Source of the DNA: Kiritimatiellia bacterium | Lineage (GTDB): Bacteria > Verrucomicrobiota > Kiritimatiellia > RFP12 > DVOR01 | Direction: 5' to 3' | NCBI GenBank assembly: GCA_031552845.1 | Contig: JAVBMC010000028.1 | Location: 72,394 to 136,393, forward strand | DNA length: 64,000 bases | In this document: positions 9,421 through 18,656 of the stretch, piece by piece | Layout of the letters: every line of letters starts with the position of its first letter | How positions within the stretch are numbered: position 1 is the stretch's first letter | The notes under the pieces: generated by a model | The model's database searches: none | Seen by the model: only the letters and a program-made list of their open reading frames with translations | What the model was told of the DNA's origin: nothing | Made by a program: the position numbers and the translations under genes

Positions 9421-10369
9421 GTGCTGAGAAGCGAAGTAATATGTAGTAGATTAGAGGCAATAAATTGAGCCGAAAATGTTATAATGCCCAATATATGTAG
9501 GTGTTTTGAAGGTAGGGAGGGGTTCACCGAAGGCAGGCGCAGAGGAGGATGGGTGTTACGCGGAGATGCTGAATAAGCGAGCTCCCAACCTGTCTCGACT
9601 TCTCCGAGTTCTTCGACTTCATCACCACTACGAATACGCAACACCGACACTGTCAACGAAAATGTAGGTGCTCCAAAAGAAGGCACAAGCCCGACTTCAC
9701 CGATTTTCGCCGACTTCATCGACATGCAAAGTAGCGCAACAGCGAACATCATAACAAGAGCAGATAATGTGAGTACAGTAAACATGATAAAAGAAAAGTT
9801 GAAAGGTGAAAGAAACGAGAGTCTCGTAGCAGGCTCGACCCAATAGCCTGTTTGTTGTTGATGGCTCCTTGGAGCTTAAGCTCTCGTATGTCGGGGGGCG
9901 GAGATTCGTATTGAACTCCGAGCCACAAGGTCCGAATCAGTGACGAGTCACTCAATGGGGTCAACAGGGATGCAGTTTAGCAGAATTAAGGAATAAGTCA
10001 AGAAGAGAAGCAATAGGTAATAAGTGATAGGTAATAAGTTGTTGAACAGGAGGGAATAGGATGAAGAAAATAAATGGAGAGGGGTAAGCAGGAAAGGCTC
10101 ACGCGGAGGTGCGGAGAGAGAGGGGAAGGGTATCCGCAGATTGCACAGATGCTCGCAGATGGGGGGTGAGAGGAAGGGAGAGAAGGGGCTAGGCGTGGTG
10201 TAGCGGTTTCGGCGAAACGCGCCCTACCTACTGACGCACGCCAAAGAATTCGCATAATGCCGGCGAGGACGTCGGGTGCTTTCAAGCGGCATAACCGGCA
10301 CGCGATTTCGTCGATTTCATAGGCTTCTGCAACAAGCCAACACACCCTGACTGATGGCGCGTCGAGGAG

Positions 10370-11092
10370 TTATTTGATGGCGCCGTAGGCGGCGAAGGTG
10401 GTGTTTTTGTGGAGGAGTTCGACTTGGCGGAAGCCGGATTGGCGGAGGAGGTCGAGCTGGTAGGGGATGGAGCGGGGGGTGTCTTCTTGCGCGATGTAGT
10501 CGAAAACTTGTTGGCAGTAGTCGGCACCGCCGAGGGCGGTGAGGTAGTCGGCGTAGCGTTGTTGCATGAGGCGGTCGATGGCGGGGTTGTCGTGTGCGAC
10601 GAGGTCGGTGATCCAGAGGCTGCCGCCGGGGCGCAGAAGGCGGTGGAGTTTGGCGAAAACGGCTTGCCAGTCGGCATCGTCGCGGAGGTGGTGGAGGACG
10701 GCGGCGGCGAGGATGATGTCGTAGCCTTCAGCGGGGAGGTCGGCGGTCCGGATGTCGGATTGGATGAGGGTGACGGTGCCGGTGGTGCAGGGGGTGACGC
10801 GTTGTTGGGCGCGTTGGAGCATGGGTTGGCTGAGGTCGAGGAGGGTGCAGTTGGCGTCGGGGACGAGTTGGAGGAGTTTGAGGGTGTTGTTGCCGGCGCC
10901 GCAGCCGATGTCGAGGATGTTGCGGATGGGGGTGGTGACGGCATGGGCGGCTTGGGTGATGAGGTCCATGGCGAGGGCGGCGTCGATGGTGGAGGTTTGG
11001 CCGGTTTGGAGGTTGCTGAAGCGGTCGACGTCGGAGTCGAAGCGTTGGCGGATTTGGTCGACGGTGGCTTTGGGGGTGGGTTTGTTGTTCAT
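10370..11092 (-). CDS. Class I SAM-dependent methyltransferase
   Basis: Motif I ILDIGCGAGNNTL, with post-I acidic and motif II regions. The start is assigned to the internal Met (MNNKPTPKATVDQIRQRF...). The upstream 60 codons are low-complexity and probably not translated. Confidence 0.75.
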   Translation of the reverse strand: MNNKPTPKATVDQIRQRFDSDVDRFSNLQTGQTSTIDAALAMDLITQAAHAVTTPIRNILDIGCGAGNNTLKLLQLVPDANCTLLDLSQPMLQRAQQRVTPCTTGTVTLIQSDIRTADLPAEGYDIILAAAVLHHLRDDADWQAVFAKLHRLLRPGGSLWITDLVAHDNPAIDRLMQQRYADYLTALGGADYCQQVFDYIAQEDTPRSIPYQLDLLRQSGFRQVELLHKNTTFAAYGAIK

Positions 11093-11341
11093 GAAGGTAG
11101 TGTAGTATAAAGCGGGGGCGGGGGCAAGCTTTTTAGATGGTTGGGCCGACGGTGTGGAGTGGGGGAGGGTGATTGGTTTTGAGTGGGCGAGCTTGGGTTT
11201 TTGCTGGATAAAGTGTATTAAAATATGGTTTTTATTGGCAGAGGCTGAAAAAGCCTTGCTTTTTGCGTGCATAAAGAGTACAATTACTGCATGTTTAGAG
11301 GGTATGACAAAATAGAGGCCAGATAAAGGAGTGGAAAAGGT

Positions 11342-11881
11342 ATGAAGCGATTATTTTCTGCCTTGCTGTTATTTTCAGTGTTGGCGTGCCGGGCGCAAGC
11401 AGCGGATCCGGCGGTAAATCTGAGTGAGATTCCGACAATCTCGCTGGAGCAGGCTATGGCCCGGGCGAAGGAGGAATTGCCCGATCATGGGTTGGTTTGT
11501 ACGTTGGCATGTTCGCAACGGCAGATGTATGGGGGCGGCTGGTTTTTGGATTTTCGTAACGATCAGGAGCGGATTGTGCTGCGCGTGACGACGACGAAGA
11601 CGTTGCGGAAGTCGAAGGGTAAGAACCGTGGTTATGCTGTGCCGGCGATTGTTTTGACGGATGCTACAAAGGCGTTGGCGTCGAAGACGCTGAGCCCGGT
11701 GATTCATTCGATGTGGGATGGCGTGGCGGAGCGGTGGGAATTGACTGTTTGTACGCGCGGCCATGCGGAGCATTTTACGTATGATGCCAAGAATGGCGTG
11801 CAGACGTTTAAGCCGGCTCCGGGGCATTTTCCGGATAAGATCTCGGATGAGTTGAAGAATCCGACCCCCCTGAAGAAGTAA
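11342..11881 (+). CDS. Secreted hypothetical protein (signal peptide)
   Basis: 179 aa with an N-terminal signal peptide MKRLFSALLLFSVLACRAQA. RBS aaaggag upstream. No recognisable domain. Confidence 0.6.
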   Translation: MKRLFSALLLFSVLACRAQAADPAVNLSEIPTISLEQAMARAKEELPDHGLVCTLACSQRQMYGGGWFLDFRNDQERIVLRVTTTKTLRKSKGKNRGYAVPAIVLTDATKALASKTLSPVIHSMWDGVAERWELTVCTRGHAEHFTYDAKNGVQTFKPAPGHFPDKISDELKNPTPLKK

Positions 11882-11894
11882 TGAGGGTTGAGGT

Positions 11895-11927
11895 TTAAGT
11901 GAAAGGGGCTGCCGAGAGGCGGCCCTT
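11895..11927 (+). terminator. Putative rho-independent terminator
   Basis: GC-rich hairpin ggggctgccgagaggcggccc followed by tttttcg, 14 bp after the stop of the 11342..11881 gene. Confidence 0.45.
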
Positions 11928-11960
11928 TTTCGTATCTTGATGGAGGCAGAAGCTGTAAAT

Positions 11961-11992
11961 AAAAACGCCCCGATTTTTAACCGGGGCGTTCT
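11961..11992 (-). terminator. Rho-independent terminator for the TM2 gene
   Basis: The minus strand reads gaacgccccggttaaaaatcggggcgttttt: an 8-bp GC stem (cgccccgg / cggggcg) followed by a U-tract. Confidence 0.6.
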
Positions 11993-12012
11993 TGTGTGAT
12001 GACTGCGGTTGG

Positions 12013-12225
12013 TTAGACCAACGGGTTGCCGCCGGCGTTCTTATAATTGCCGGAGATAATGAGGATCAGGTCGATAATTACCCAGATGCCGAAGAGGCCT
12101 CCAGTCAGGAGTTGAATGATGCCGATGAGGATGTGGCCGGTATAAAACCGGTGGACTCCAAGCCATCCGAGAAAGAAGCACAACAGTCCAACAACAAGTT
12201 TGCTTTTTGCTTGAGCCATAACCAA
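12013..12225 (-). CDS. TM2 domain-containing membrane protein
   Basis: 70 aa. GWLGVHRFYTGHILIGIIQLLTGGLFGIWVIIDLILI matches the TM2-domain signature (GxHRFYxG...GGxxGIWxxID). Confidence 0.8.
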   Translation of the reverse strand: MVMAQAKSKLVVGLLCFFLGWLGVHRFYTGHILIGIIQLLTGGLFGIWVIIDLILIISGNYKNAGGNPLV

Positions 12226-12325
12226 CCTTTCAATTAGAGTAGAGGTTTGTAATCATGCGGACAGGCACAGTTTACTTTTTTTAAAACTGCATGTCAATGC
12301 AGATGAACGGGGCCTCAGCAATTAT

Positions 12326-13690
12326 TTAGACGCTGATATCGGTATAATTGTGGGGGGTGTTGGATGGGGGTGGCGGTTGGAGGGCGGGCTGGGTTTCGAC
12401 GTGTTGGAAGGTGATGTTGCGTTTGACGATCATCATGCGCACGAGCATGGGCACCGGGAGGGTGGTGGCGAGGGAGAGGACGACGATGGCGTTGAAGAAG
12501 TCGGCGCTGATCATTTGGAGGTTGAGCGCGACGGCCGCGGCGGCGAGGGTGGCGGAGAGTTGGGGGACGGTCATGAGGCCGGCGCAGATGCCTTTCTCGT
12601 TGCTGAAGCCGGATAGGCGCATGGCGATCCAGCCGGAGAAGACTTTGCTGCCGACGAGGCCGATAACGGTAACGAGCGCGATGAGGACGTTGGTCCAGTT
12701 GCCGACGAGCACTTTGATGTTGGCTTGGAAGCCGATGCTGATGAAGAGAAAGGGTATGACGAGTCCGAACCCGATGCCTTCGAGTTTGTGGAGGATGCCG
12801 CGCCGGGGGATGTTGAAGCCTTTGGTGCGGGCGACGGCCATGCCGGAGACGAATGCGCCGACGATGAGGTTGATGCCGAGGAGTTCGCCGAGCAGCACGA
12901 CGGTGAGCACGGTGAGCAGGAAGTAGGTAACGTTGAGGTCGTCGCCCATGGGCAGGCGGCGGGCGATGCGCAGGCGGCGCCAGAGCATCGGCAGGAAGAT
13001 GATAACGAGCGCGATGTAGACGCAGATGAGCGCGACGAAGGCGACGCCAAACCAATTGCCAAGGAAGCTGAGGTCAATCTTGTCGATGAGGGAGAAGTTA
13101 TCGAGCTTGAGAGTTTCGGCGACGGCGAGGCGTTTGTATTGTACGCAGACCGCGAGGAGGATGAGGCTGGCGATGTCGGTGATGACGGTGGAGGAGAGCA
13201 CCGCAATGCCGAAGCGGGTTTTGATGATGCCGAGTTCACGGATGACGGGGAACACGATGCCGATGGAGTGCGAGGCGAAGAGCGAGGCATAGACGTAGGC
13301 GCCGATTTTGTCGGTGGGCTCGAACAGCCAGTAGACGAAGTAACCCGCCGCCGCCGGGATGAGGAAGGTGGCGATGCTCAATAGGCTGACAGCTTTCTTT
13401 TCGCTGCGTAGCATCTTGAGATCGACCTCCATGCCTGCGAGTGCCATGAGGAAGACGAGGCCGAGGAAGCCGATGGCGTCAACAACTTTGTAGAGCGCGG
13501 AGGTGTCGACGGCGTGGCCGAGGAAGTTGTTCATGTGCCCGATGTAGTCGAGCGCGTTCGGGCCGATGATGATGGCAACCGTCATGATCGCGACGACGGC
13601 GGGGACGTGCCAGCGCTTGAAGCATTGGGGGATGATTGCGACGAGGGCAATCAGCGAGAGAAACATCACGAGATAAGTCAGTTGTTCCAT
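12326..13690 (-). CDS. Cation:proton antiporter (CPA/Kef-type Na+/H+ exchanger)
   Basis: 454-aa polytopic membrane protein with ~12 TM segments and a typical CPA-family glycine-rich helix pattern. Confidence 0.8.
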   Translation of the reverse strand: MEQLTYLVMFLSLIALVAIIPQCFKRWHVPAVVAIMTVAIIIGPNALDYIGHMNNFLGHAVDTSALYKVVDAIGFLGLVFLMALAGMEVDLKMLRSEKKAVSLLSIATFLIPAAAGYFVYWLFEPTDKIGAYVYASLFASHSIGIVFPVIRELGIIKTRFGIAVLSSTVITDIASLILLAVCVQYKRLAVAETLKLDNFSLIDKIDLSFLGNWFGVAFVALICVYIALVIIFLPMLWRRLRIARRLPMGDDLNVTYFLLTVLTVVLLGELLGINLIVGAFVSGMAVARTKGFNIPRRGILHKLEGIGFGLVIPFLFISIGFQANIKVLVGNWTNVLIALVTVIGLVGSKVFSGWIAMRLSGFSNEKGICAGLMTVPQLSATLAAAAVALNLQMISADFFNAIVVLSLATTLPVPMLVRMMIVKRNITFQHVETQPALQPPPPSNTPHNYTDISV

Positions 13691-13705
13691 GGTGTCGGGA
13701 GATTG

Positions 13706-15472
13706 TTAGTCGCGCCCGAAGCGGCGGGCGAGCTCGCGCCAGCTGGTCAGGAGCATGGTGGGGCGTCCCTTCGGACACGTATAAGGCATTTGCGTTTGAA
13801 GGAGGCGCCGCAGGAGTTCCTCAATCGCGCGGGCATCAAAGGTTTTGTGGAAGCCGGCGGCGGCGCGTCCGGCGGCTTTGGCGAGAACCTCCTCGCGCCA
13901 GCGTTCGGAGCCGCGTTTTGTTTCGGCGGCTAAGTCGGTCGCGAGGGTGATGAGCAGTTCGCGTGCCGAAACCTCTTGCAAGATGGCAGGGACGGCATCA
14001 ATCATGAAACGGTCGCTACCCATGTCAGCGATTTGAAAACCCATCGTCTGTGCGGCATCGAGAAACGAGCGCAGGCGTGCGGCATCGGTGGGCGGAAGTT
14101 GAAGCGTCTCAGGAATCAACAGCGTCTGCGATGGTACCGGTGCTTCGGCGGTGCGGCGGATGAGCGTGTCGTAAACGATCCGCTCGTAAGCCGCGCGAGG
14201 GTCGAGAGTGATGTAACCCGTGTCAGTCTCTAATAAAATGTACCGTCCGCCTGCGAGGCCGAGAATCTTGTGGTGCTTCCACTGCGGCGTGTCGGGCGAG
14301 GGCGGCAAGTCGAACGGATCAAAGGCGTCGGGTGTCGAGGCGGGTGTCGGAGCCGTCACGGGTAAAGAAGGTTGCGCTGGTTGAGTCAGCGAAATATAAG
14401 GATGCTTGATTGGCGGGAGTTCAAACTCAGCGGTCGGTATCGAAGGAGTTTCCGGAGCTACAACGGGCTGCGCGGGATGGTGTTGGGTCAACGCATTGGA
14501 GATCGCGCGACAGAGAGCATCGCGCAGGTCGTTGGGTTTACGGAAGCGGACTTCACGCTTGGCTGGGTGGACGTTGACGTCGAGGTCTTCCGGCGGGAGG
14601 TCGATGAAGAGGATGAGGATCGGCTTGGTGTCGTTGTCGGTCTTGGGATACGCGGCAGAGACGGCGTAGTTGATGACAGCGGCTGAGGCGGGGCGGTTGT
14701 TGATAAAGGTATAGTATTCGCTGCGGTCGCCGCGCGTGAAGGTGGGATGACCGATCCAGCCGTGGATGCGGATGCCGTTGTAGGTGGCGTCGACCGGGCG
14801 CATGAGTCCGCTGAGGTCGATGTCGAGCAGTTCGGCGATGCGTTCTTCCAGCGTGGCGCCGGCGGGCAGGCGGTAGAGTTCGCGGCCATCGCTTTTGAGG
14901 ATGAGACCGATGTCGGGATGCGCAAGCGCATTGAGGATGAACGTGGCGCGGATGCGGGCGTTCTCAGTGGCGTAGGCACGGAGGAACTTGCGGCGTGCGG
15001 GGACGTTGAAGAATAGGTCGCGGACTTCGACGGTGGTGCCGGGCGGAGTTCCGGCGTCCTTAACGTCGAGGACTTTACCGCCTGCGATGGCGATCTCGGT
15101 GCCGACATCGTCTTGCGGGCGGCGGGTACGCAGAAGGAAGCGCGAGACGGAGGCGATGGAGGGAATGGCTTCGCCGCGGAAGCCGAGGGTGTTGATGCGC
15201 TCGATGTCGTCAACGTCTTTGATCTTGCTGGTGGCTTGACGTTCGAGACAGAGGAGGGCGTCGGCGCGGTTCATGCCACAGCCGTCGTCGTGCACGCCGA
15301 TGAGCGTGCGCCCGCCGTCGGCAGTTTCGATGGTGACGTGGGTAGCACCGGCGTCGATGGCGTTCTCGAGCAGCTCTTTGACGACGGAGGCCGGGCGTTC
15401 AACAACCTCACCCGCCGCAATTTTGTTTGCGACGTGGGCGGGGAGTTGAATGATGCGGGCTTCGGTGTCCAT
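13706..15472 (-). CDS. mutL: DNA mismatch repair protein MutL
   Basis: N-terminus MDTEARIIQLPAHVANKIAAGEVVERPASVVKELLENAIDAGATHVTIE (GHKL ATPase box). 588 aa with a C-terminal dimerisation domain. Confidence 0.95.
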   Translation of the reverse strand: MDTEARIIQLPAHVANKIAAGEVVERPASVVKELLENAIDAGATHVTIETADGGRTLIGVHDDGCGMNRADALLCLERQATSKIKDVDDIERINTLGFRGEAIPSIASVSRFLLRTRRPQDDVGTEIAIAGGKVLDVKDAGTPPGTTVEVRDLFFNVPARRKFLRAYATENARIRATFILNALAHPDIGLILKSDGRELYRLPAGATLEERIAELLDIDLSGLMRPVDATYNGIRIHGWIGHPTFTRGDRSEYYTFINNRPASAAVINYAVSAAYPKTDNDTKPILILFIDLPPEDLDVNVHPAKREVRFRKPNDLRDALCRAISNALTQHHPAQPVVAPETPSIPTAEFELPPIKHPYISLTQPAQPSLPVTAPTPASTPDAFDPFDLPPSPDTPQWKHHKILGLAGGRYILLETDTGYITLDPRAAYERIVYDTLIRRTAEAPVPSQTLLIPETLQLPPTDAARLRSFLDAAQTMGFQIADMGSDRFMIDAVPAILQEVSARELLITLATDLAAETKRGSERWREEVLAKAAGRAAAGFHKTFDARAIEELLRRLLQTQMPYTCPKGRPTMLLTSWRELARRFGRD

Positions 15473-15526
15473 GGGTGCGGATTATACCACAGGCAAAGCC
15501 CGGTTTCAATTCTAAAGGGGTGAGGC

Positions 15527-16594
15527 TCAGGGCGCGGGCTGAAGGAGCTTGGCGATTGCCGGGCCGAAGATTTGGCCTTGGCGCATCATGCCGAGATCGT
15601 TGGGGTGGGTGTTGTCGACGGTTGCTTCGCCGTCGGTGCCGAGCATGCCTTTGGCGGGGAGGTAGTGGAGGTTCGCCCACTTGACGGGGTCGGCTTTCTT
15701 GAGCTTGGCGTAGATGCCGGCGAGGAGTTTGGAACGGCTGGTCTGCCGATCATCGCGGTCGCATTGTTCGCAGATGAGGATGGGCGTATTGGGGCGGGCG
15801 GCTTTGATGATTTCGAGGAAGGGTTCGACGTTGCTGGAGACGAGCTGGTCGCTCATGTTCCACAGGCAGTCGAGCACGTAGAGCGAAGCGGGGATTTGGA
15901 TGAGCTGCTGTGCGAGCTCGGGTTCCATGCGGGCGGCACCCGCGAAGCCGAGGTTGACGATGGGGGTCTCGGCGATGCGTCCGACAATAGCGGTGTAGGC
16001 CAAACCGGGGCGCGAGGCGCAAGCGCCTTGCGTGATGGAAGTGCCGTAAATCACAACCGGCAGCTTTACTTTACGGCTGGCGATGGGAGCGATGGTTTGG
16101 CCTTTGGGCAGCTTGAGTTCAAAGAGAACGGTGGGGTTGTAGAGTGGCAGGTAGACGAGCGTTTCGGCTTTCGGCGTGATGGCGATGCTTACGGTGTTGG
16201 TGTGTTTATGAGGGCGGCCATGGACGATGGAGCACCAGGTGCCGTTGAGGCGTTGGTAGACGTCGATGCCGCTGACGCCGCTGGCGGACATGTGTGTGAA
16301 GGCGAGGTTGGCGCTGCCGGGAATGCCCCATGTGATGTTGAGTTCCTTGGCGTCGGTGGTGAACGCAAAGGCCATGCCGGTGGAGTGGCGCGAGGCGTTC
16401 CACACTTTCTCCGGGAGCACTTCCTTCGCGGCAAGCGGGAAGCGGTCGAAGGGTTTCTCGGTGTTGGCGAAGCCTTTGCCTTCGAGGCATTCCATCAGCA
16501 GTGCATCCGGCACGGCCACGAGGTTGGGCTTGTCTTGTGCAGAAGCGATGGAGGCGCTCAGGAGAAGAGTGCAGGCTATGAGAAGGTGTTTCAT
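15527..16594 (-). CDS. Secreted SGNH/GDSL-family hydrolase (probable carbohydrate O-acetylesterase) with an N-terminal beta-sandwich domain
   Basis: Signal peptide MKHLLIACTLLLSASIASA. GDSL-like block VVIYGTSITQGACASRPGLAY. C-terminal DxxH-like TVDNTHPNDLG. Confidence 0.7.
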   Translation of the reverse strand: MKHLLIACTLLLSASIASAQDKPNLVAVPDALLMECLEGKGFANTEKPFDRFPLAAKEVLPEKVWNASRHSTGMAFAFTTDAKELNITWGIPGSANLAFTHMSASGVSGIDVYQRLNGTWCSIVHGRPHKHTNTVSIAITPKAETLVYLPLYNPTVLFELKLPKGQTIAPIASRKVKLPVVIYGTSITQGACASRPGLAYTAIVGRIAETPIVNLGFAGAARMEPELAQQLIQIPASLYVLDCLWNMSDQLVSSNVEPFLEIIKAARPNTPILICEQCDRDDRQTSRSKLLAGIYAKLKKADPVKWANLHYLPAKGMLGTDGEATVDNTHPNDLGMMRQGQIFGPAIAKLLQPAP

Positions 16595-16603
16595 GTGAGT
16601 TCC

Positions 16604-17779
16604 TTATTTGATCTTACGTTTGCCGAGGACGTGTTTGGCCAGACAATCCCGCACAGGGATATCGTAAAGTTTCAACGAGGCGTAGGCCAAGCCGATGGCG
16701 AGAATGTACACCGAGCAAGCCACGGCGATGTGCGTGCCGAGTGGGGCATCGGGGTGGTGCTTTGCCCAAGCCATTTGCAGGTAGACGAGCGGGAAGTGCG
16801 TCACGTACAATGGATAGGAGATGTCGCCAAAGAACTTACACACGGCAATGGATTTCGGGTGGGTGATATCGCTCCCCGCGCCGATGACAACGATCAGCGG
16901 GAAGAGCACGAGGATGGCGAGCGCTTCATAGGTGCCGTTCATCCACATGGCATCGGTGCCGCCGATGCGCGGCATTACGAGGATGGCCGCCACAGCCAGC
17001 GAACACCACGCAAACGCATTCTTAATGCGGATGAGTTTGTTGATGCGCGAGAGCAGGAGGCCTGCGAAGAAGGGGTAGAATAAACGCGTGAGGCCGATAT
17101 ACACTTCCGAGGGCGTGATGCTCCAGCCGCCGATGACGGTGAACGGCGCGAAACGGTCGGCCGGCAGCAGGCCGGTCACGTTGAGATTCATCGTCAGGTC
17201 AATGGTGAAGAACGCCGTGCAGGCCACAAATACCGCGAGCACCGCCTTGGAGAAGTGTCGGACGACGAGGGCGTAGAGGATGTTCGCCAGATACTCCCAC
17301 AGCAGCGTCCACGTCGCGCCATTGAGCGAGTTGGTCTCTGTCCAACCGCGGATATCCCAACGTGGCAGCGCGGGCAGCATGGTGCAGCCCAGCAAAAACA
17401 TCAGCCCCATCCGCCACCACGGCGTCGATTTAATCAGCGGGAACCCTTCGCAGTCGCCAAAGTAAAACAACAGCGCGCCGATGAACGTCCCCATCAACAG
17501 CATTGGATGCAGACGCACCAACCGCCGTTTGAAGAACTCCCATGTCGAAAGCTTGCCCCAACGGTCGTCATACGCATACCCCACCACAAACCCCGACAGC
17601 GCAAAGAAAAAATCCACCGCGAGATAACCATGATTCAGTATCTGCGTCAACGGCCCCTGCGAATAGGTCTCGAACAAATGATACGCCACGACCACCAAAG
17701 CCGCCACGCCCCGCAGACCATCCAAAATCTCATACCGCTTCTTCGAGGGCAGCGGCGTCCCTGCTACGCTACTTGACAT
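16604..17779 (-). CDS. Acyltransferase family 3 (OafA-like O-acyltransferase) membrane protein
   Basis: N-terminus YEILDGLRGVAALVVVAYHLFE and ~10 TM helices, typical of acyltransferase_3. Confidence 0.85.
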   Translation of the reverse strand: MSSSVAGTPLPSKKRYEILDGLRGVAALVVVAYHLFETYSQGPLTQILNHGYLAVDFFFALSGFVVGYAYDDRWGKLSTWEFFKRRLVRLHPMLLMGTFIGALLFYFGDCEGFPLIKSTPWWRMGLMFLLGCTMLPALPRWDIRGWTETNSLNGATWTLLWEYLANILYALVVRHFSKAVLAVFVACTAFFTIDLTMNLNVTGLLPADRFAPFTVIGGWSITPSEVYIGLTRLFYPFFAGLLLSRINKLIRIKNAFAWCSLAVAAILVMPRIGGTDAMWMNGTYEALAILVLFPLIVVIGAGSDITHPKSIAVCKFFGDISYPLYVTHFPLVYLQMAWAKHHPDAPLGTHIAVACSVYILAIGLAYASLKLYDIPVRDCLAKHVLGKRKIK

Positions 17780-18656
17780 GGGGTTTCACCTTCGGCAGCG
17801 TCCACACATCGGCTTGAGTCAGGTTTAGCCACTCCACTGCCTCGAACCAACGCGCGAGGTCGTGAGGGCGGTCGGTGAAGTTGTTTGAGCCGAACGAGAA
17901 CTTCGCGCCCATCTGCTTGGCGAGCTTCAAGAACGCGGGCTTCGGGAACAACGCCTCCGCCTGCACCTCCAACGCGACATTCTTCTCAATCGCTTTGGCG
18001 ATAATCTTACGCATACGCGCCTCTGTCCACAGCTCATCATAACGGTCGGCCAAACACGCGGGCAAGTAAGTCGGCACCGCCAAGATGCTGATCGGCTCAT
18101 CGAGAATCTGCAAGTGATGCGCCACATACTTCTCCATCCATGCCTCGGCATCATCAATCACCAACCCCGGCACAAACAACCGGCACGGCTTGCCATCCGC
18201 ATTCACCCCCATGATCAACGGATCCGCCAGCACATAATCCAGCCGCTTCAACACCGCCGGATCAATCCGCTCAAACCAATCGCGGTCATTCACCTGAATC
18301 CCCACCAACAGCGGCTTGCCTTCATTTCTTATCACTGTTTGGCATGCATCGATAAACGCCGCCACTTTCGTCGAGTCCGACAGCTCCCACTCGCGCCCAT
18401 AATTATCCAACACGCCGCTTGCAATGCCATTGATCAGCTGCCGCTCCGAGGCCTTCTGCGGCGTCATGCCGCCACGGATATGAATATGCCAATCAGTAAA
18501 CTCAATCCCCCGCGCCTGCATCCGCTTCATCTCATGCACGAACGCCGGCGACTGTGGATACAAATACCCCGCCTCCGCCGCCAGTCCCAGCGAAGCCGAC
18601 ACCACGCACCACCCCGCCGCCAAAAGCCCCCTCAATGCCCTCTGATTCATACCCAT
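17769..18656 (-). CDS. Secreted metal-dependent hydrolase, PHP/amidohydrolase-like (function uncertain)
   Basis: Signal peptide, then an HxH motif (EFTDWHIHIRGG) typical of PHP/TIM-barrel metal hydrolases. Overlaps the acyltransferase start by 11 bp. Confidence 0.45.
   Translation of the reverse strand: MGMNQRALRGLLAAGWCVVSASLGLAAEAGYLYPQSPAFVHEMKRMQARGIEFTDWHIHIRGGMTPQKASERQLINGIASGVLDNYGREWELSDSTKVAAFIDACQTVIRNEGKPLLVGIQVNDRDWFERIDPAVLKRLDYVLADPLIMGVNADGKPCRLFVPGLVIDDAEAWMEKYVAHHLQILDEPISILAVPTYLPACLADRYDELWTEARMRKIIAKAIEKNVALEVQAEALFPKPAFLKLAKQMGAKFSFGSNNFTDRPHDLARWFEAVEWLNLTQADVWTLPKVKPHVK

Noticed and set aside
9372-9785. 137-aa minus-strand ORF in the AT-rich block
   Set aside because: It has no RBS, spans repeated DNA (its EVEELGEV/KIGEV segments are copies of the dispersed repeat), and has a low-complexity C-terminus. 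It was kept only as a possible mini-ORF in the findings.
9840-9960. Possible tmRNA, group II intron domain V or other structured RNA
   Set aside because: There are local hairpins but no match to tmRNA tRNA-like ends (GGTTCGAATCC…CCA) or to the domain V consensus. It cannot be supported without a covariance-model search.
10409-11110. 233-aa plus-strand ORF and Pro/Ser/Thr-rich minus-strand ORF (10282-10944)
   Set aside because: These are alternative frames of the SAM methyltransferase gene. The Gly/Val or Pro/Ser/Thr low complexity is typical of GC-rich shadow frames.
12270-12300. Terminator after the antiporter gene (ctgcatgtcaatgcag hairpin)
   Set aside because: The stem is short and AT-rich with only a 4-U tract on the relevant strand, which is too weak to call.
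12315-13384. Several overlapping 190-250-aa ORFs (Arg/Pro/His-rich or acidic)
   Set aside because: They are shadow frames of the cation:proton antiporter gene.
15572-17083. 503-aa plus-strand ORF
   Set aside because: It is antisense to the SGNH esterase and acyltransferase-3 genes. It is Gly/Ala/Val/Asp-rich with low complexity, the typical shadow ORF of high-GC coding DNA.
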